From Microcoleus vaginatus WJT46-NPBG5 (lineage in GTDB: Bacteria > Cyanobacteriota > Cyanobacteriia > Cyanobacteriales > Oscillatoriaceae): 45,146 nt of DNA. The stretch is taken from assembly GCA_019359355.1 (NCBI GenBank), contig JAHHHM010000015.1:1-45146 (forward strand), in the 5' to 3' direction. Within the stretch, counting starts at the first letter, position 1, and each line of letters opens with the position of its first letter. Positions 1 through 9,555 of the stretch are shown one piece after another. Both the position numbers and the translations under genes were made by a program. The notes below the pieces were generated by a model, which saw nothing but the letters and a program-made list of their open reading frames with translations, did no database searches and was not told where the DNA came from.

Positions 1-218
1 AGATTCATGCTCAGGGATTTTTTGAGCTGTCAAAATCGGGGATAGAAGATAGTCTAGGCGATAAAGTGGCCGGATTAATTTTCTCTCCTTACAATGAATT
101 AGCCCTGCCAATGCTGGGGGCTTTGAGTTAGATTCTAGTTGCCCCCTTGTGTTGCTATCGTGTATGAACATCCGTTGATCAGAATCGAACGGCTAAATTT
201 TGCCGCACTCACCTACCA

Positions 219-344
219 ATTTTGGTAGAAAGCAAGCCTTTCAAAGTCCCCCAGCATTGGGGGATTTAGGGGGCATCTTAACTCCCATTTTGGTAGAAAG
301 CAAGCCTTTCAAAGTCCCCCAGCATTGGGGGATTTAGGGGGCAT
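219..344. repeat. Two identical 58-bp direct repeats (219-276 and 287-344) separated by a 10-bp spacer. Each copy contains a hairpin, TCCCCCA-GCAT-TGGGGGA. The spacer TTAACTCC (278-285) is the reverse complement of GGAGTTAA (346-353), which brackets copy 2.
   Basis: Exact repetition read directly from the sequence. The inverted complementarity of the 7-bp stem and of the flanking 8-mers was verified by eye. Confidence 0.8.
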
Positions 345-566
345 GAGGAGTTAAACCATAGCTGCAAAAACTTGTGTACATAGTAGTTTGCGTTGGCGAC
401 TATCTGCGCGACTTGGAAATCATTTCAAACCCTGGCACTCCTGAAGATTTTGCCAATTGTGTTCAATATTTGCCTTTATAGCGGTTCAAGCAAAACTGAG
501 TGGCAATGAAAGAAATCCTATCTCTAAAATTGGTAGGATAATCATTAGATTTTCCTAGCCTGTCAG

Positions 567-2120
567 ATGTTAAATAATATTTGGGATTGCCTTGTGAGAG
601 AGTTTCTAGCAATATTTGGTAGAAACGAGCCATCCCCTCCACCGCCGCCTCCGCCACCGCGTCAAACTCTGAGTGATGAAGAACTTGAGGCGATGTTCAT
701 GCAGTTACTGGATGGAGTGAAGGAAGGGTGGAGTCGCGGATCAGTGAAGGGGTTTCTGATAACTAAACAGGTGACAGATGCGGAGTGGATCGCGTGGTTG
801 CGCCGGCTTGAAGAATCGTTGCAAAGTGTGCCGGCGCAGCATGAGGAATTGGCGCGGCGGTTGGTGCAGTTTGGGGAAATTCGCGGGGAGAAATTGGGGG
901 AAGTGGCGGCAGAAATAGGCCGGCTCTTACTGGCACAAGTACCGCAGCGTCAAGAAACAGAAAAGCCAGAGGAAGAGATTCAAGACGCTGATGCGTGGTT
1001 TAATCGAGGCAATGAACAATATAGGAAAGAAGATTTTCTGGGTTCGCTTATTTCCTACAACTGCGCTATTGAAATTAAATCCGACTTTTACTTAGCGTGG
1101 AATAGCCAGGGAAATTCGCTATCTGAATTAGGCCGGCATGAAGAGGCGATCGCTTCCTACAACCGTGCCCTTGAAATAAAACCTAACTTTTACCAAGCTT
1201 TATATAACTGCGGACTATCACTCGCAGAATTAGGCCGGCATAAAGAAGCGCTTACTTTTTATAACCGCGTTGTTGAAATTAAACCCAACTTTCACGAAGC
1301 TTGGAATAGCCAAGGGAATGCGCTAGCTAATTTAGGCCGACATGAAGAAGCGCTCATTTCCTTTGAACGCGCTCTTGAAATTAAACCCAGTTTTTACCAA
1401 GCTTGGTATAACCACGGAAATTTGCTAAATTATTTAGGCCGGCATGAAGAGGCGCTCACTTCCTACAATCATGCCGTTGAAAATAACTCATACTATCTAA
1501 AAGCTTGGTTTCATCGAGGGCTAGCGCTAGCCCAATTAGGCCGGCATGAAGAGGCGTTTACCTCCTACAGCCGTGCTTTTAGCATTAAACCCAATAATCA
1601 CAAATCTTGGTATAAACTGGCGTTATCGCTAGCAGATTTAGGACACCATGAAGAGGCGCTTACTTTTTATAACCGCGCCGTTGAAATTAAACCTGACTTT
1701 TACGAAGCTTGGAATAGCCAAGGGAATTCGCTATCTGAATTAGGCCGGCATGAAGAAGCACTGACTTCCTACAACCGCGCCATTGAAGTTAAACCTGATT
1801 TTTACGAAGCTTGGTATAACCGGGGAATATCGCTAGCTCAATTAAACCGGCATGAAGAGGCAACTGATTCCTACAACCGCGCCATTGAAATCAAATCCGA
1901 CGATCACGAAGCTTGGACGAACCGGGGAAATTCGTTAACACAAATAAGCCGGCATGAAGAGGCAATCGCTTCCTACAACCGTGCCTTGGAAATTAAACCC
2001 GACGATCATGAAGTTTGCTATAACAAGGGGCTATGTCTAGATTATTTAGGCAAGTATGAAGAAGCGCTCACTGCCTACAACCGCGCTCTAGAAATTAAAC
2101 CCGATTTGTACAACGCTTAG
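567..2120 (+). CDS. TPR-repeat protein with a poly-proline N-terminal segment (PPPPPPPP) and about 12 tandem 34-aa TPR units. Each unit has the signature A/EWxNxGxxLxxLGRHEEAxxSYNRAxEIKPD.
   Basis: 517-aa ORF. Repeated W-LG-Y-A-F-A-P TPR spacing is visible in the translation. Start ATG at 567. Confidence 0.8.
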   Translation: MLNNIWDCLVREFLAIFGRNEPSPPPPPPPPRQTLSDEELEAMFMQLLDGVKEGWSRGSVKGFLITKQVTDAEWIAWLRRLEESLQSVPAQHEELARRLVQFGEIRGEKLGEVAAEIGRLLLAQVPQRQETEKPEEEIQDADAWFNRGNEQYRKEDFLGSLISYNCAIEIKSDFYLAWNSQGNSLSELGRHEEAIASYNRALEIKPNFYQALYNCGLSLAELGRHKEALTFYNRVVEIKPNFHEAWNSQGNALANLGRHEEALISFERALEIKPSFYQAWYNHGNLLNYLGRHEEALTSYNHAVENNSYYLKAWFHRGLALAQLGRHEEAFTSYSRAFSIKPNNHKSWYKLALSLADLGHHEEALTFYNRAVEIKPDFYEAWNSQGNSLSELGRHEEALTSYNRAIEVKPDFYEAWYNRGISLAQLNRHEEATDSYNRAIEIKSDDHEAWTNRGNSLTQISRHEEAIASYNRALEIKPDDHEVCYNKGLCLDYLGKYEEALTAYNRALEIKPDLYNA

Positions 2121-2355
2121 TCTAACCGGCACAATTCGCAAACTCAACAGTATGCCTCATCCTCCCACAACCTATAACCTCAGACAGATACCCAGCACAC
2201 CGGCAAGGGAGAGAATCTAAAATTTAGCGGTTTCGGTGCAGTCGAGTCTGATAAGTTAATAGATTGATCGCAAATACAAATTTTCTGGCATCCCTGACAG
2301 CTTAAACGCCGCAGCCGGCCAGGTATTCACAAGCAGCGTGGGTGGGAGAAGAGTT

Positions 2356-4185
2356 ATGGCACTAATCGTTCAAAAATATGGTGGTAGTTCCGTTGGGTCA
2401 GTCGAACGCATTCAAGCAGTGGCTCAACGTGTATTAAACTCGGTGAAAGCCGGCAATTCGGTGGTAGTGGTGGTTTCTGCAATGGGGAAAACCACCGATG
2501 GGTTGGTGAAATTAGCCAATGAAATCTCCTCAAACCCCAGCCGGCGCGAAATGGATATGCTGCTATCCACCGGCGAACAAGTGACGATTGCCCTTCTCAG
2601 TATGGCATTGCAGGAACTTGGACAGCCGGCGATTTCCCTCACCGGCGCACAAGTGGGTATTGTCACGGAAGCCGAACACACCCGCGCCCGAATTTTACGC
2701 ATTGAAACCGAACGGATGCAACGCCAGCTAGATGCAGGTAAAGTAGTCGTCGTTGCCGGCTTCCAAGGCATCACCAGTACCGCAGACTTAGAAATCACCA
2801 CCTTGGGGCGCGGCGGTTCCGACACCTCAGCCGTTGCCCTCGCTGCTGCACTCCGGGCAGACTTCTGCGAGATTTATACCGATGTCCCCGGTATTTTAAC
2901 CACCGACCCCCGCCTCGTGCCAGACGCCCAGTTGATGGCAGAAATTACCTGTGATGAAATGCTCGAACTTGCCAGTTTGGGCGCAAAGGTATTGCATCCC
3001 CGCGCCGTGGAAATTGCTCGCAATTACGGCGTTCCCTTGGTGGTACGATCCAGTTGGACAGATGACCCCGGCACAAAAGTCATCTCACCGGCACGCGTTC
3101 CCCGCCCCTTGAAAGGCTTAGAAATTGTGCATCCCGTGGATGCGGTGGAATTTGACACGGATCAAGCTAAGGTTTCCCTGCTGCGAGTGCCTGATCGTCC
3201 CGGTGTAGCGGCGCGTTTATTTGGCGAAATTGGCCGGCAAAATCTGGATGTAGACTTAATTATCCAGTCGATTCACGAAGGCAATAGCAACGATATCGCC
3301 TTTACCGTGACCAAACATTCCCTGAATCAAGCCGAAGCCGTAGCCTCTGCGATCGCCCCCACGCTTCGCACTCACCTCGATGCTGCACCCGATGAAGCCG
3401 AAGTTTTAGTAGAACGGAAAATCGCCAAAGTCAGTATTGCCGGTGCCGGCATGATTGGGCGTCCCGGCGTTGCGGCGCAAATGTTCCAAACCCTCGCAGA
3501 TGCCGGTGTCAATATTCAAATGATTTCCACCTCTGAAGTGAAAGTCAGTTGCGTGATAGACGCCGAAGATGGGGATCGGGCGCTTGCTGCCCTCTGCGAA
3601 ACCTTTGAAGTCAATAGTTCGCCGGTACGCGAACAATCTTCTGTTCCCCTCACCGCCTCACCCTCTCTCCCCCTCCCGCCCCCGGTACGCGGCGTGGCGC
3701 TGGATATGAAACAAGCCCGTCTTGCCCTGCGCCACATTCCCGATCGCCCCGGCATGGCAGCGCAGTTATTCGGAGTGTTGGCAAAGCGCAATATCAGTGT
3801 TGACACAATCATCCAATCCCAGCGCTGTCGCATTATTAATGGCGTGGCAACGCGGGATATTGCCTTCACCGTAGCCAGGGCTGATGCGGAGGATGCCCGG
3901 ATGGCTTTGGCAGCTTTGGCGGGTGAGTGGGGAAGCACTGAGGTGGTGCTGGATACAGCAATTGCTAAAGTTAGCGTGGTGGGTTCTGGCATGGTTAACC
4001 ATCCCGGTATTGCGGCGCGGATGTTTGATGCGCTAGCGCAACAGCAAATCAATATTCAAATGATTGCCACTTCTGAAATTAAAATTAGCTGTGTCGTGGA
4101 TGAAGCCAGCGGTGTGCAGGCTTTGCAAGCGATCCACACAGCCTTTGAATTAGCCGGCACTCAAAAAATCGAGGTGCCGGCTTGA
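2356..4185 (+). CDS. lysC: Aspartate kinase of the cyanobacterial long form, with a duplicated C-terminal ACT regulatory region.
   Basis: The N-terminus [13 protein letters not shown] is the canonical aspartokinase start, and the KFGG-like motif is present. C-terminal ACT-like segments recur twice ([11 protein letters not shown]..., [13 protein letters not shown]...). GGAG sits 8 nt upstream of the ATG at 2356. The ORF-track start at 2338 is likely too long. Confidence 0.9.
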   Translation: MALIVQKYGGSSVGSVERIQAVAQRVLNSVKAGNSVVVVVSAMGKTTDGLVKLANEISSNPSRREMDMLLSTGEQVTIALLSMALQELGQPAISLTGAQVGIVTEAEHTRARILRIETERMQRQLDAGKVVVVAGFQGITSTADLEITTLGRGGSDTSAVALAAALRADFCEIYTDVPGILTTDPRLVPDAQLMAEITCDEMLELASLGAKVLHPRAVEIARNYGVPLVVRSSWTDDPGTKVISPARVPRPLKGLEIVHPVDAVEFDTDQAKVSLLRVPDRPGVAARLFGEIGRQNLDVDLIIQSIHEGNSNDIAFTVTKHSLNQAEAVASAIAPTLRTHLDAAPDEAEVLVERKIAKVSIAGAGMIGRPGVAAQMFQTLADAGVNIQMISTSEVKVSCVIDAEDGDRALAALCETFEVNSSPVREQSSVPLTASPSLPLPPPVRGVALDMKQARLALRHIPDRPGMAAQLFGVLAKRNISVDTIIQSQRCRIINGVATRDIAFTVARADAEDARMALAALAGEWGSTEVVLDTAIAKVSVVGSGMVNHPGIAARMFDALAQQQINIQMIATSEIKISCVVDEASGVQALQAIHTAFELAGTQKIEVPA

Positions 4186-4215
4186 AGTCGCAGTTGCTTT
4201 GAAAATAGTTGGGAA

Positions 4216-4250
4216 GCGGGGGTGTTTTAGCTGCCCCGCCCCCTTTTCTA
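4216..4250 (+). terminator. Putative intrinsic terminator after lysC: a GC-rich imperfect stem (GCGGGGG...CCCCGC) followed by a TTTTCT tract.
   Basis: GC stem plus T-tract immediately 3' of the lysC stop. The stem is imperfect. Confidence 0.35.
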
Positions 4251-4362
4251 TCGAGTGAATGAATAATTAAGCAGCCAAGGACTTCTAAACTAGAAATAGG
4301 ATTGTTCTGTTAAAAGAACAAGACAACTTCGCGACGATCTAGAAACAGAATTTATCCAGTTA

Positions 4363-4752
4363 ATGACTATGAATCAAATTTTTGAAGACCTTGCTGCGAT
4401 TGATGAAGAACTGTCTAAGCGTCACCTCGTTCTCGATTCGGGCGGTTACTTTATTATTTACCTTGATCGCGAATCGGGGTTAATTTGCGCGAAGCACTTC
4501 ACCAATGCCATTGATGATCGCGGCTTGGCTGTCGATCCGGAAACCGGCGAAGTTATCCCCGCCAGGGGTAAGGTGGAACGCACACACGCCACTGAGTTTG
4601 CCGGCAGAACTGCTAAAGAACTCTGCGTTAAAATTTTTGAAGAAACTCAGCCCAGTCCCGTGACACTGCTGGATCATGCAGCTTATCTCGGTCGTGAATT
4701 TGTCCGGGCTGAGATGGCTTTAGCCAATGGCCAAGATTACGTTCAAGATTAA
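4363..4752 (+). CDS. Conserved hypothetical protein of 129 aa.
   Basis: Clean ATG ORF with no overlap. No family recognised with confidence. Confidence 0.5.
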   Translation: MTMNQIFEDLAAIDEELSKRHLVLDSGGYFIIYLDRESGLICAKHFTNAIDDRGLAVDPETGEVIPARGKVERTHATEFAGRTAKELCVKIFEETQPSPVTLLDHAAYLGREFVRAEMALANGQDYVQD

Positions 4753-4834
4753 GCTAAAAGCATTTAATTTGCATAATTTACAGCTTTCTTATCAAGAAAA
4801 AATTGTAATTTTATGCAGATTAAATGTGTAAATC

Positions 4835-5560
4835 TTAGGAAAAACCTTGATAGAAAAAGTAAGTGACCATTGGGATAACCGTAGCAGCAATTAAAAGCAC
4901 AACCACGACAATGGTTGCATTGCCGGTGTTGGTGTCTTCTGCTTTTTTAAATGTGCTTTCAACGTTGGTGGTATCTGCCACAACCGGCGCACCCGGATCA
5001 GGCTGACCCGATAATACAGCGACAAGGCGATTACTGGCATCTAAAAATGCTTGATTGTATTTATTGCCTTGCTGCAAAGGCACAAGCAGGGTTTCCGAAG
5101 CCACACTTTCGGCAATCTCATCGGAGAGAATCGACTTTACTTTATCTCCCGTGCGAATTGCTGAGGTATTGGTGACAGTATCCAATACCAACAAGGCTTG
5201 GTTGGCTTGCGCTTCTGGAGTAGGAAACCATTTTTCAAAAAGCTTATTGGTAAAGCTTTCGATGGTTTCGCCGTAGTCAAGCCGGTGGATGGTGACAAAT
5301 CTGACTTCCTTGCCGGTTTGATCGGCTAGCTTCTCCAAAGAGGTGCTGATCCGCCCTTCATTCAGTCGGCTGATGGCATCATCTTCATCCAGTACCCAAG
5401 TGCGCTCACCGGCTGATAAACTCGGCATTTGATAGACGCCGGTGGCGTGTGCCGGTGCCATCATAAATTGCGTCGCTAAAACGAGCGCTGATATTGACAG
5501 AAAAAGACGAATGTGATAGTGAAAAGTGCTGTTTATTTGTTTGAGGAGCTGTTTAATCAT
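4835..5560 (-). CDS. TPM-domain protein (Psb32-like thylakoid-lumen/secreted protein) with an N-terminal signal peptide and a C-terminal TM helix.
   Basis: N-terminal hydrophobic signal (LFLSISALVLATQFMMAPAHA). The TPM-like core is LVLD...IRTGDKV... followed by a hydrophobic tail (IVVVVLLIAATVIPMV). The first ATG is at 5560, since the ORF-track start at 5587 is TTG. AGGA lies upstream. Confidence 0.7.
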   Translation of the reverse strand: MIKQLLKQINSTFHYHIRLFLSISALVLATQFMMAPAHATGVYQMPSLSAGERTWVLDEDDAISRLNEGRISTSLEKLADQTGKEVRFVTIHRLDYGETIESFTNKLFEKWFPTPEAQANQALLVLDTVTNTSAIRTGDKVKSILSDEIAESVASETLLVPLQQGNKYNQAFLDASNRLVAVLSGQPDPGAPVVADTTNVESTFKKAEDTNTGNATIVVVVLLIAATVIPMVTYFFYQGFS

Positions 5561-5680
5561 AAGAATCCTAAAACAGATCGTTTTCAAAAAATACTATATA
5601 AATTGCCGGTAAAACTGACGGCTTAAGGATTGAAGGTTAGATTTTTTGCCGGCATTCAGGAATTCGGGGATTTTTGATAG

Positions 5681-6766
5681 ATGTCTGACACTGCTGCTTT
5701 TTCTCCAGATTACTTGACTGCACGACAGCGCTTTCATTGTGCGGCAAGTGCTTTAGGCTGTTCGGTTGAGAGTCACCCAATTGACGAATTCGGGCAAAAT
5801 GGGGAAGAATTGACGATTGATGTGGCAATTTTAGGATCACTCAACCCCAAACGGATACTGATTGTTTCGAGTGGATTGCATGGAGTCGAAGGTTTTTTCG
5901 GTTCGGCTGTGCAAGTTGCCCTTCTGGAAGGGTATCTTCAGAATTACAGTTTTCCTCCGGATACTGCTTTAGTTTTACTCCACGCTTTGAATCCCTATGG
6001 CTTTGCGTGGCGACGCCGGTGTAATGAAGAGAATGCCGATCTCAATCGTAATTTTCTCTTAGCCGGCGAAGAGTATCGCGGCAGTCCAGAAAATTACCCT
6101 AAACTCGATGCTTTTTTCAACCCAACTTCCCCGCCATCGCAGTTTGAATTTTTTTTAATCAAAGCAATCGCGCTGATTCTTCGCTACGGGATGCCGGCTT
6201 TAAAAAATACTTTACCCGTGGGACAATATGACTTTCCCAAAGGGCTATTTTTTGGCGGTCATTCTCCCTCAAAAACTCAACAAATTTTAGCAGAAAATCT
6301 TCCCCGCTGGGTGGGAAATGCGACAAACGTTGTCCATCTTGATTTTCATACCGGCCTGGGTCGCAAATTTACTTATAAACTCTTAATTGATCTGCCGGCG
6401 AACTCAGAACAAGCTCAACAATTAATTCAAAATTTTGGTTCAGATGTCGTTTCACCCTTAACAACCGAAGGCATAGTTTACCCCACACGCGGCGGTTTAG
6501 GAACCTGGTGTCAAGCAAAATTTCCCCACATCCACTATGACTTTCTCACTGCAGAATTTGGCACTTATCCGATTATCCAAGTTGTTGAAGCCTTACGGGC
6601 AGAAAACCGCGCCCATTGGTGGGGAAAGCCAGATGATGCTGCTTGGGAACGCGCAAAGCAGAGATTGGTAGAAATTTTTGCGCCGGCAGATCCCCGATGG
6701 AGAGAAATCGCAGTTTCTCAAGGGATTAATTTGGTTAAACAAGCCTTTAAAATAATATCCCAGTGA
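5681..6766 (+). CDS. M14-family zinc carboxypeptidase-like protein (DUF2817, succinylglutamate desuccinylase/aspartoacylase superfamily).
   Basis: HGVEG...LHALNPYGF...NEENADLNRNF is the typical zinc-ligand and active-site pattern of M14/AstE-AspA-like proteins. Confidence 0.65.
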   Translation: MSDTAAFSPDYLTARQRFHCAASALGCSVESHPIDEFGQNGEELTIDVAILGSLNPKRILIVSSGLHGVEGFFGSAVQVALLEGYLQNYSFPPDTALVLLHALNPYGFAWRRRCNEENADLNRNFLLAGEEYRGSPENYPKLDAFFNPTSPPSQFEFFLIKAIALILRYGMPALKNTLPVGQYDFPKGLFFGGHSPSKTQQILAENLPRWVGNATNVVHLDFHTGLGRKFTYKLLIDLPANSEQAQQLIQNFGSDVVSPLTTEGIVYPTRGGLGTWCQAKFPHIHYDFLTAEFGTYPIIQVVEALRAENRAHWWGKPDDAAWERAKQRLVEIFAPADPRWREIAVSQGINLVKQAFKIISQ

Positions 6767-6831
6767 CCAAACATAAACCTGTACACTTTATTCTAATACG
6801 TCATTAAAGCAGCATTTGAGAGGATAAAATC

Positions 6832-7653
6832 ATGAAGATTGCCATTATCGGCTGTGGCTACGTCGGCAGTGCAATTGCCCGTCGGTGGCGTGAATTTGGC
6901 CATGTGGTGACAGCTACAACAACCACCCAAACTCGCGTGGCGGAACTTGAGGAGATCGCGCAGCAGGTGGTGGTGGTGAAAGGAAATGATGCCGGCGCAA
7001 TGCTTTCTGTGATTCAAGATCAAGATGCAGTGCTTTTGAGTGTGGGTGCTTCCAGGGGCGATGCTTACCGGGAAAGCTACCTAGATACAGCAAAAACACT
7101 GGTAGAACAGTTAAAGCAGACTTCGAGTGTGAAGCAGCTGATCTACACCGGCAGCTATAGTGTTTATGGGGATAAAAATGGGGAATGGGTGGATGAAGAA
7201 ACCCCCGTTGCACCGGCTAATGAAAATGGTGAAATTTTATCGGAGACAGAACAAGTGTTGTTAGGCGCTGCCGGTGAAAACTTGAAAGTTTGTATCCTAC
7301 GTTTAGGTGGAATTTACGGCCCAGGCCGGGAACTTGTCAAGATTTTCAGTCGGGCTGCCGGCACAACGCGTCCGGGTGACGGTGAAGATAGGACGAATTG
7401 GATTCACTTAGAAGACATTGTGGGGGCAATTGATTTTGCGCTAACAAAGCAATTACAAGGTATTTACAATCTTGTGCATGATGTTCCTCTTACATCCCGC
7501 GAGGTGATTGATCGGGTGTGCGAACGTCATAATTTAGAAAAGGTTTCTTGGGATGCTTCAGTCCCCTCAACTCGCCCTTATAACGCACAAGTCTCTAATC
7601 AAAAAATTAAGGCAGCCGGTTATACGCTAATTTATCCTGAGATGCTGCTTTAA
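6832..7653 (+). CDS. NAD(P)-binding SDR-family protein of the NAD-dependent epimerase/dehydratase-like type.
   Basis: N-terminal Rossmann motif MKIAIIGCGYVGSAIARRW. Length is about 270 aa. A GAGG RBS precedes the ATG. Confidence 0.75.
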   Translation: MKIAIIGCGYVGSAIARRWREFGHVVTATTTTQTRVAELEEIAQQVVVVKGNDAGAMLSVIQDQDAVLLSVGASRGDAYRESYLDTAKTLVEQLKQTSSVKQLIYTGSYSVYGDKNGEWVDEETPVAPANENGEILSETEQVLLGAAGENLKVCILRLGGIYGPGRELVKIFSRAAGTTRPGDGEDRTNWIHLEDIVGAIDFALTKQLQGIYNLVHDVPLTSREVIDRVCERHNLEKVSWDASVPSTRPYNAQVSNQKIKAAGYTLIYPEMLL

Positions 7654-7796
7654 AGTATCGGATTTGGCTTTGGGCACGCGCTGAAGAGGAAGGGCACCGA
7701 AACTCATGCGATGTAAATCTCTCTTGCCTTAATAATTAGCCTTTATTCCTAACCATTAGCCACTCAAAATAGGCGCGTTCACGTTAATAAGCCAGT

Positions 7797-8027
7797 ATGA
7801 AACCCGCAGAAACTTACAAACGTTGGATTATCCAGACCCAGCAAGTCTTTTATGTCGAAGTTTGGGACTCGGATGGTCATCATTATATTGCAGTTCGCAA
7901 CGCCAAGTCTGAGGATGAAGCAATTGAAATGGCTAAACGCTGGATTGATAAGTATGAAGTACAAGCCGACCAATTAAATTGTATTGATGGGTTTGGTGAT
8001 TTGCTAGATAATGAGTATGAATTTTAA
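7797..8027 (+). CDS. Small hypothetical protein of 76 aa.
   Basis: ATG ORF lying between two genes. No recognisable family. Confidence 0.4.
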   Translation: MKPAETYKRWIIQTQQVFYVEVWDSDGHHYIAVRNAKSEDEAIEMAKRWIDKYEVQADQLNCIDGFGDLLDNEYEF

Positions 8028-8039
8028 TCCAAGATGTAT

Positions 8040-8546
8040 TTAGATTCCTAACCGGGTTCTGATATTTTCTACAAGTGCTGCCGGCGGTTCAGTTACGTCT
8101 GCATAAAGCCCCTCTTTTGGCTCCTCAAGGCTATCAAATTGACTTCGCAATAAATCACTTTTCATAAAGTGATCCGCACGTAACCGCAGCCGTTGCTCGA
8201 TTGCCTCAAATGAACCTTTGAGGTACACAACTTTCATGCGTTCTCTATCCCGCAGAAGTAACTGACGGTAGCTCTCTTTAAGGGCTGAACACGCTAGCAC
8301 CACATTTTTGTCTTCCTGCAACCACCCATCAATAGCCCGTTGCAACGCTTCGATCCAAGGCTGCCGATCTGCATCATCTAGGGGAATGCCACGGCTCATT
8401 TTCTCAACATTTGCCAGCGGATGAAAAGCATCGGCATCACTGAAATGCCAGTTTAAAGATTGCGCTAGCAACAGACCAATTGTAGATTTGCCGGAGCCTG
8501 AAACTCCCATTACCAGAACGATCATCTCAATATTATCTGTTAACAA
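8040..8546 (-). CDS. gntK: Gluconokinase (GntK / thermoresistant glucokinase family P-loop kinase).
   Basis: Walker A motif VLVMGVSGSGKSTIG with E. coli GntK-like spacing from the start. The DADxFHP motif is present. Length is about 165 aa. Confidence 0.75.
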   Translation of the reverse strand: MLTDNIEMIVLVMGVSGSGKSTIGLLLAQSLNWHFSDADAFHPLANVEKMSRGIPLDDADRQPWIEALQRAIDGWLQEDKNVVLACSALKESYRQLLLRDRERMKVVYLKGSFEAIEQRLRLRADHFMKSDLLRSQFDSLEEPKEGLYADVTEPPAALVENIRTRLGI

Positions 8547-8603
8547 TAAGGGCGATCCAACGGATCGCCCCTATATCATCATAATTTGAGAATCTTGCTA
8601 AAT

Positions 8604-9281
8604 TTAGCGTATCCCATTATCGGGCGTTGTGGTGGTGCCATTAGTGGGGACGCCGATGTTGCCATTAGGCGCGACTGTTGTGCCGCCATTGGGGTTCGTG
8701 TTTTGAACCGGCGCTGTTCCGTTAGGCAGAACAATGCCGCCTGGGCCACTGGTTGTGCCGCTAGGAATGTTTAAACTGCCGGGAGTGGTGGGTGTCGTGC
8801 CGGTGTTGGAACCGGGGGAAGTTGGCGAACCGCTAGGGGTGCTGATCGTTCCTGGCGCACCATTAATATCTCTAGATTCCGTACCACCGGAAGGACTGGG
8901 TATGGCACTCGGTGTCGTACTTGTACCGGGCGTTACACTGGTGCCGGCAGGCAGGTTGTTGGTGTTGTTGGTTGTGCCGGTGTTGCCAGTGTTGCCAGTG
9001 TTGCCGGTGTTGCCGGTGGGGTTAACTGTACCACCAGGGACTGTGATTGTGCTGCCCCCAGGGGTTGTAATCGTCGTTGTGGAATTATTGCCGGTATTAC
9101 CGGGGAGGGTAATTGTACTGCCTGGGGTTCCTGTGCCCGTGGGAGTTGTAGAAGTTCCATCTTGATTGATTGTAGTCTGGGACATCGCCGGCAGTCCCAT
9201 TAAAGAACTCAAACCGGCAACCCCTACTATGCCGGTAAGCAGTTTCAACATCTTGCTGGGATTAATTCGCTTGCTAAACAT
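8604..9281 (-). CDS. Secreted low-complexity Thr/Gly/Asn/Pro-rich protein with a signal peptide.
   Basis: N-terminus MFSKRINPSKMLKLLTGIVGVAGLSSLMGLPAMSQ followed by T/P/G/N repeats (GNTGNTGNTGNTG). 12-nt tandem DNA repeats lie at about 8985-9020. A GAGGG RBS is upstream. Confidence 0.55.
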   Translation of the reverse strand: MFSKRINPSKMLKLLTGIVGVAGLSSLMGLPAMSQTTINQDGTSTTPTGTGTPGSTITLPGNTGNNSTTTITTPGGSTITVPGGTVNPTGNTGNTGNTGNTGTTNNTNNLPAGTSVTPGTSTTPSAIPSPSGGTESRDINGAPGTISTPSGSPTSPGSNTGTTPTTPGSLNIPSGTTSGPGGIVLPNGTAPVQNTNPNGGTTVAPNGNIGVPTNGTTTTPDNGIR

Positions 9282-9555
9282 GATCTCGCCCTCTGATAAA
9301 CTTTTGAATCGGTTACATTTCTGACCTCTTCATAGTAGAACTGCTGCGAATTCTCTTCACCTATCTATAGTAAGAACCCTTAAAATCAATAGGTTAATAA
9401 TTGCCTATCAATAGGTGTAGAAGCAAGCCGATCTTTTTTCACTAAAACTCATTACTGACGAGTAACCGATGCCCTCCCAATCATTATTCCTAATCTTCTT
9501 GCCGGCACTAGGGGCATAAAAGAGGATTTGCCTAAAAACTAGGGAAATTAGCTGA

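Noticed and set aside
150-215. tRNA-like T-loop resemblance (GTTCGATTC on the minus strand) near 170-200.
   Set aside because: No acceptor or anticodon-stem pairing could be built around it. I see no convincing tRNA in this window.
219-344. The possibility that the 58-bp direct repeats are a CRISPR array.
   Set aside because: There are only two copies, the spacer is 10 bp, no cas genes are in the window, and the repeat is longer than typical CRISPR repeats.
2424-4052. Antisense ORFs (133, 178, 78, 76 aa) inside lysC.
   Set aside because: They sit in a GC-rich, well-supported coding region. Their products are Arg/Ser/Ala-rich junk typical of antisense frames.
8734-9165. A plus-strand 143-aa Pro/Val/Gly/Leu-rich ORF and a 75-aa minus-strand ORF over the T/P-rich secreted protein gene.
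   Set aside because: They are antisense or alternate frames of a low-complexity repeat. The signal-peptide-bearing minus-strand frame is the coherent one.
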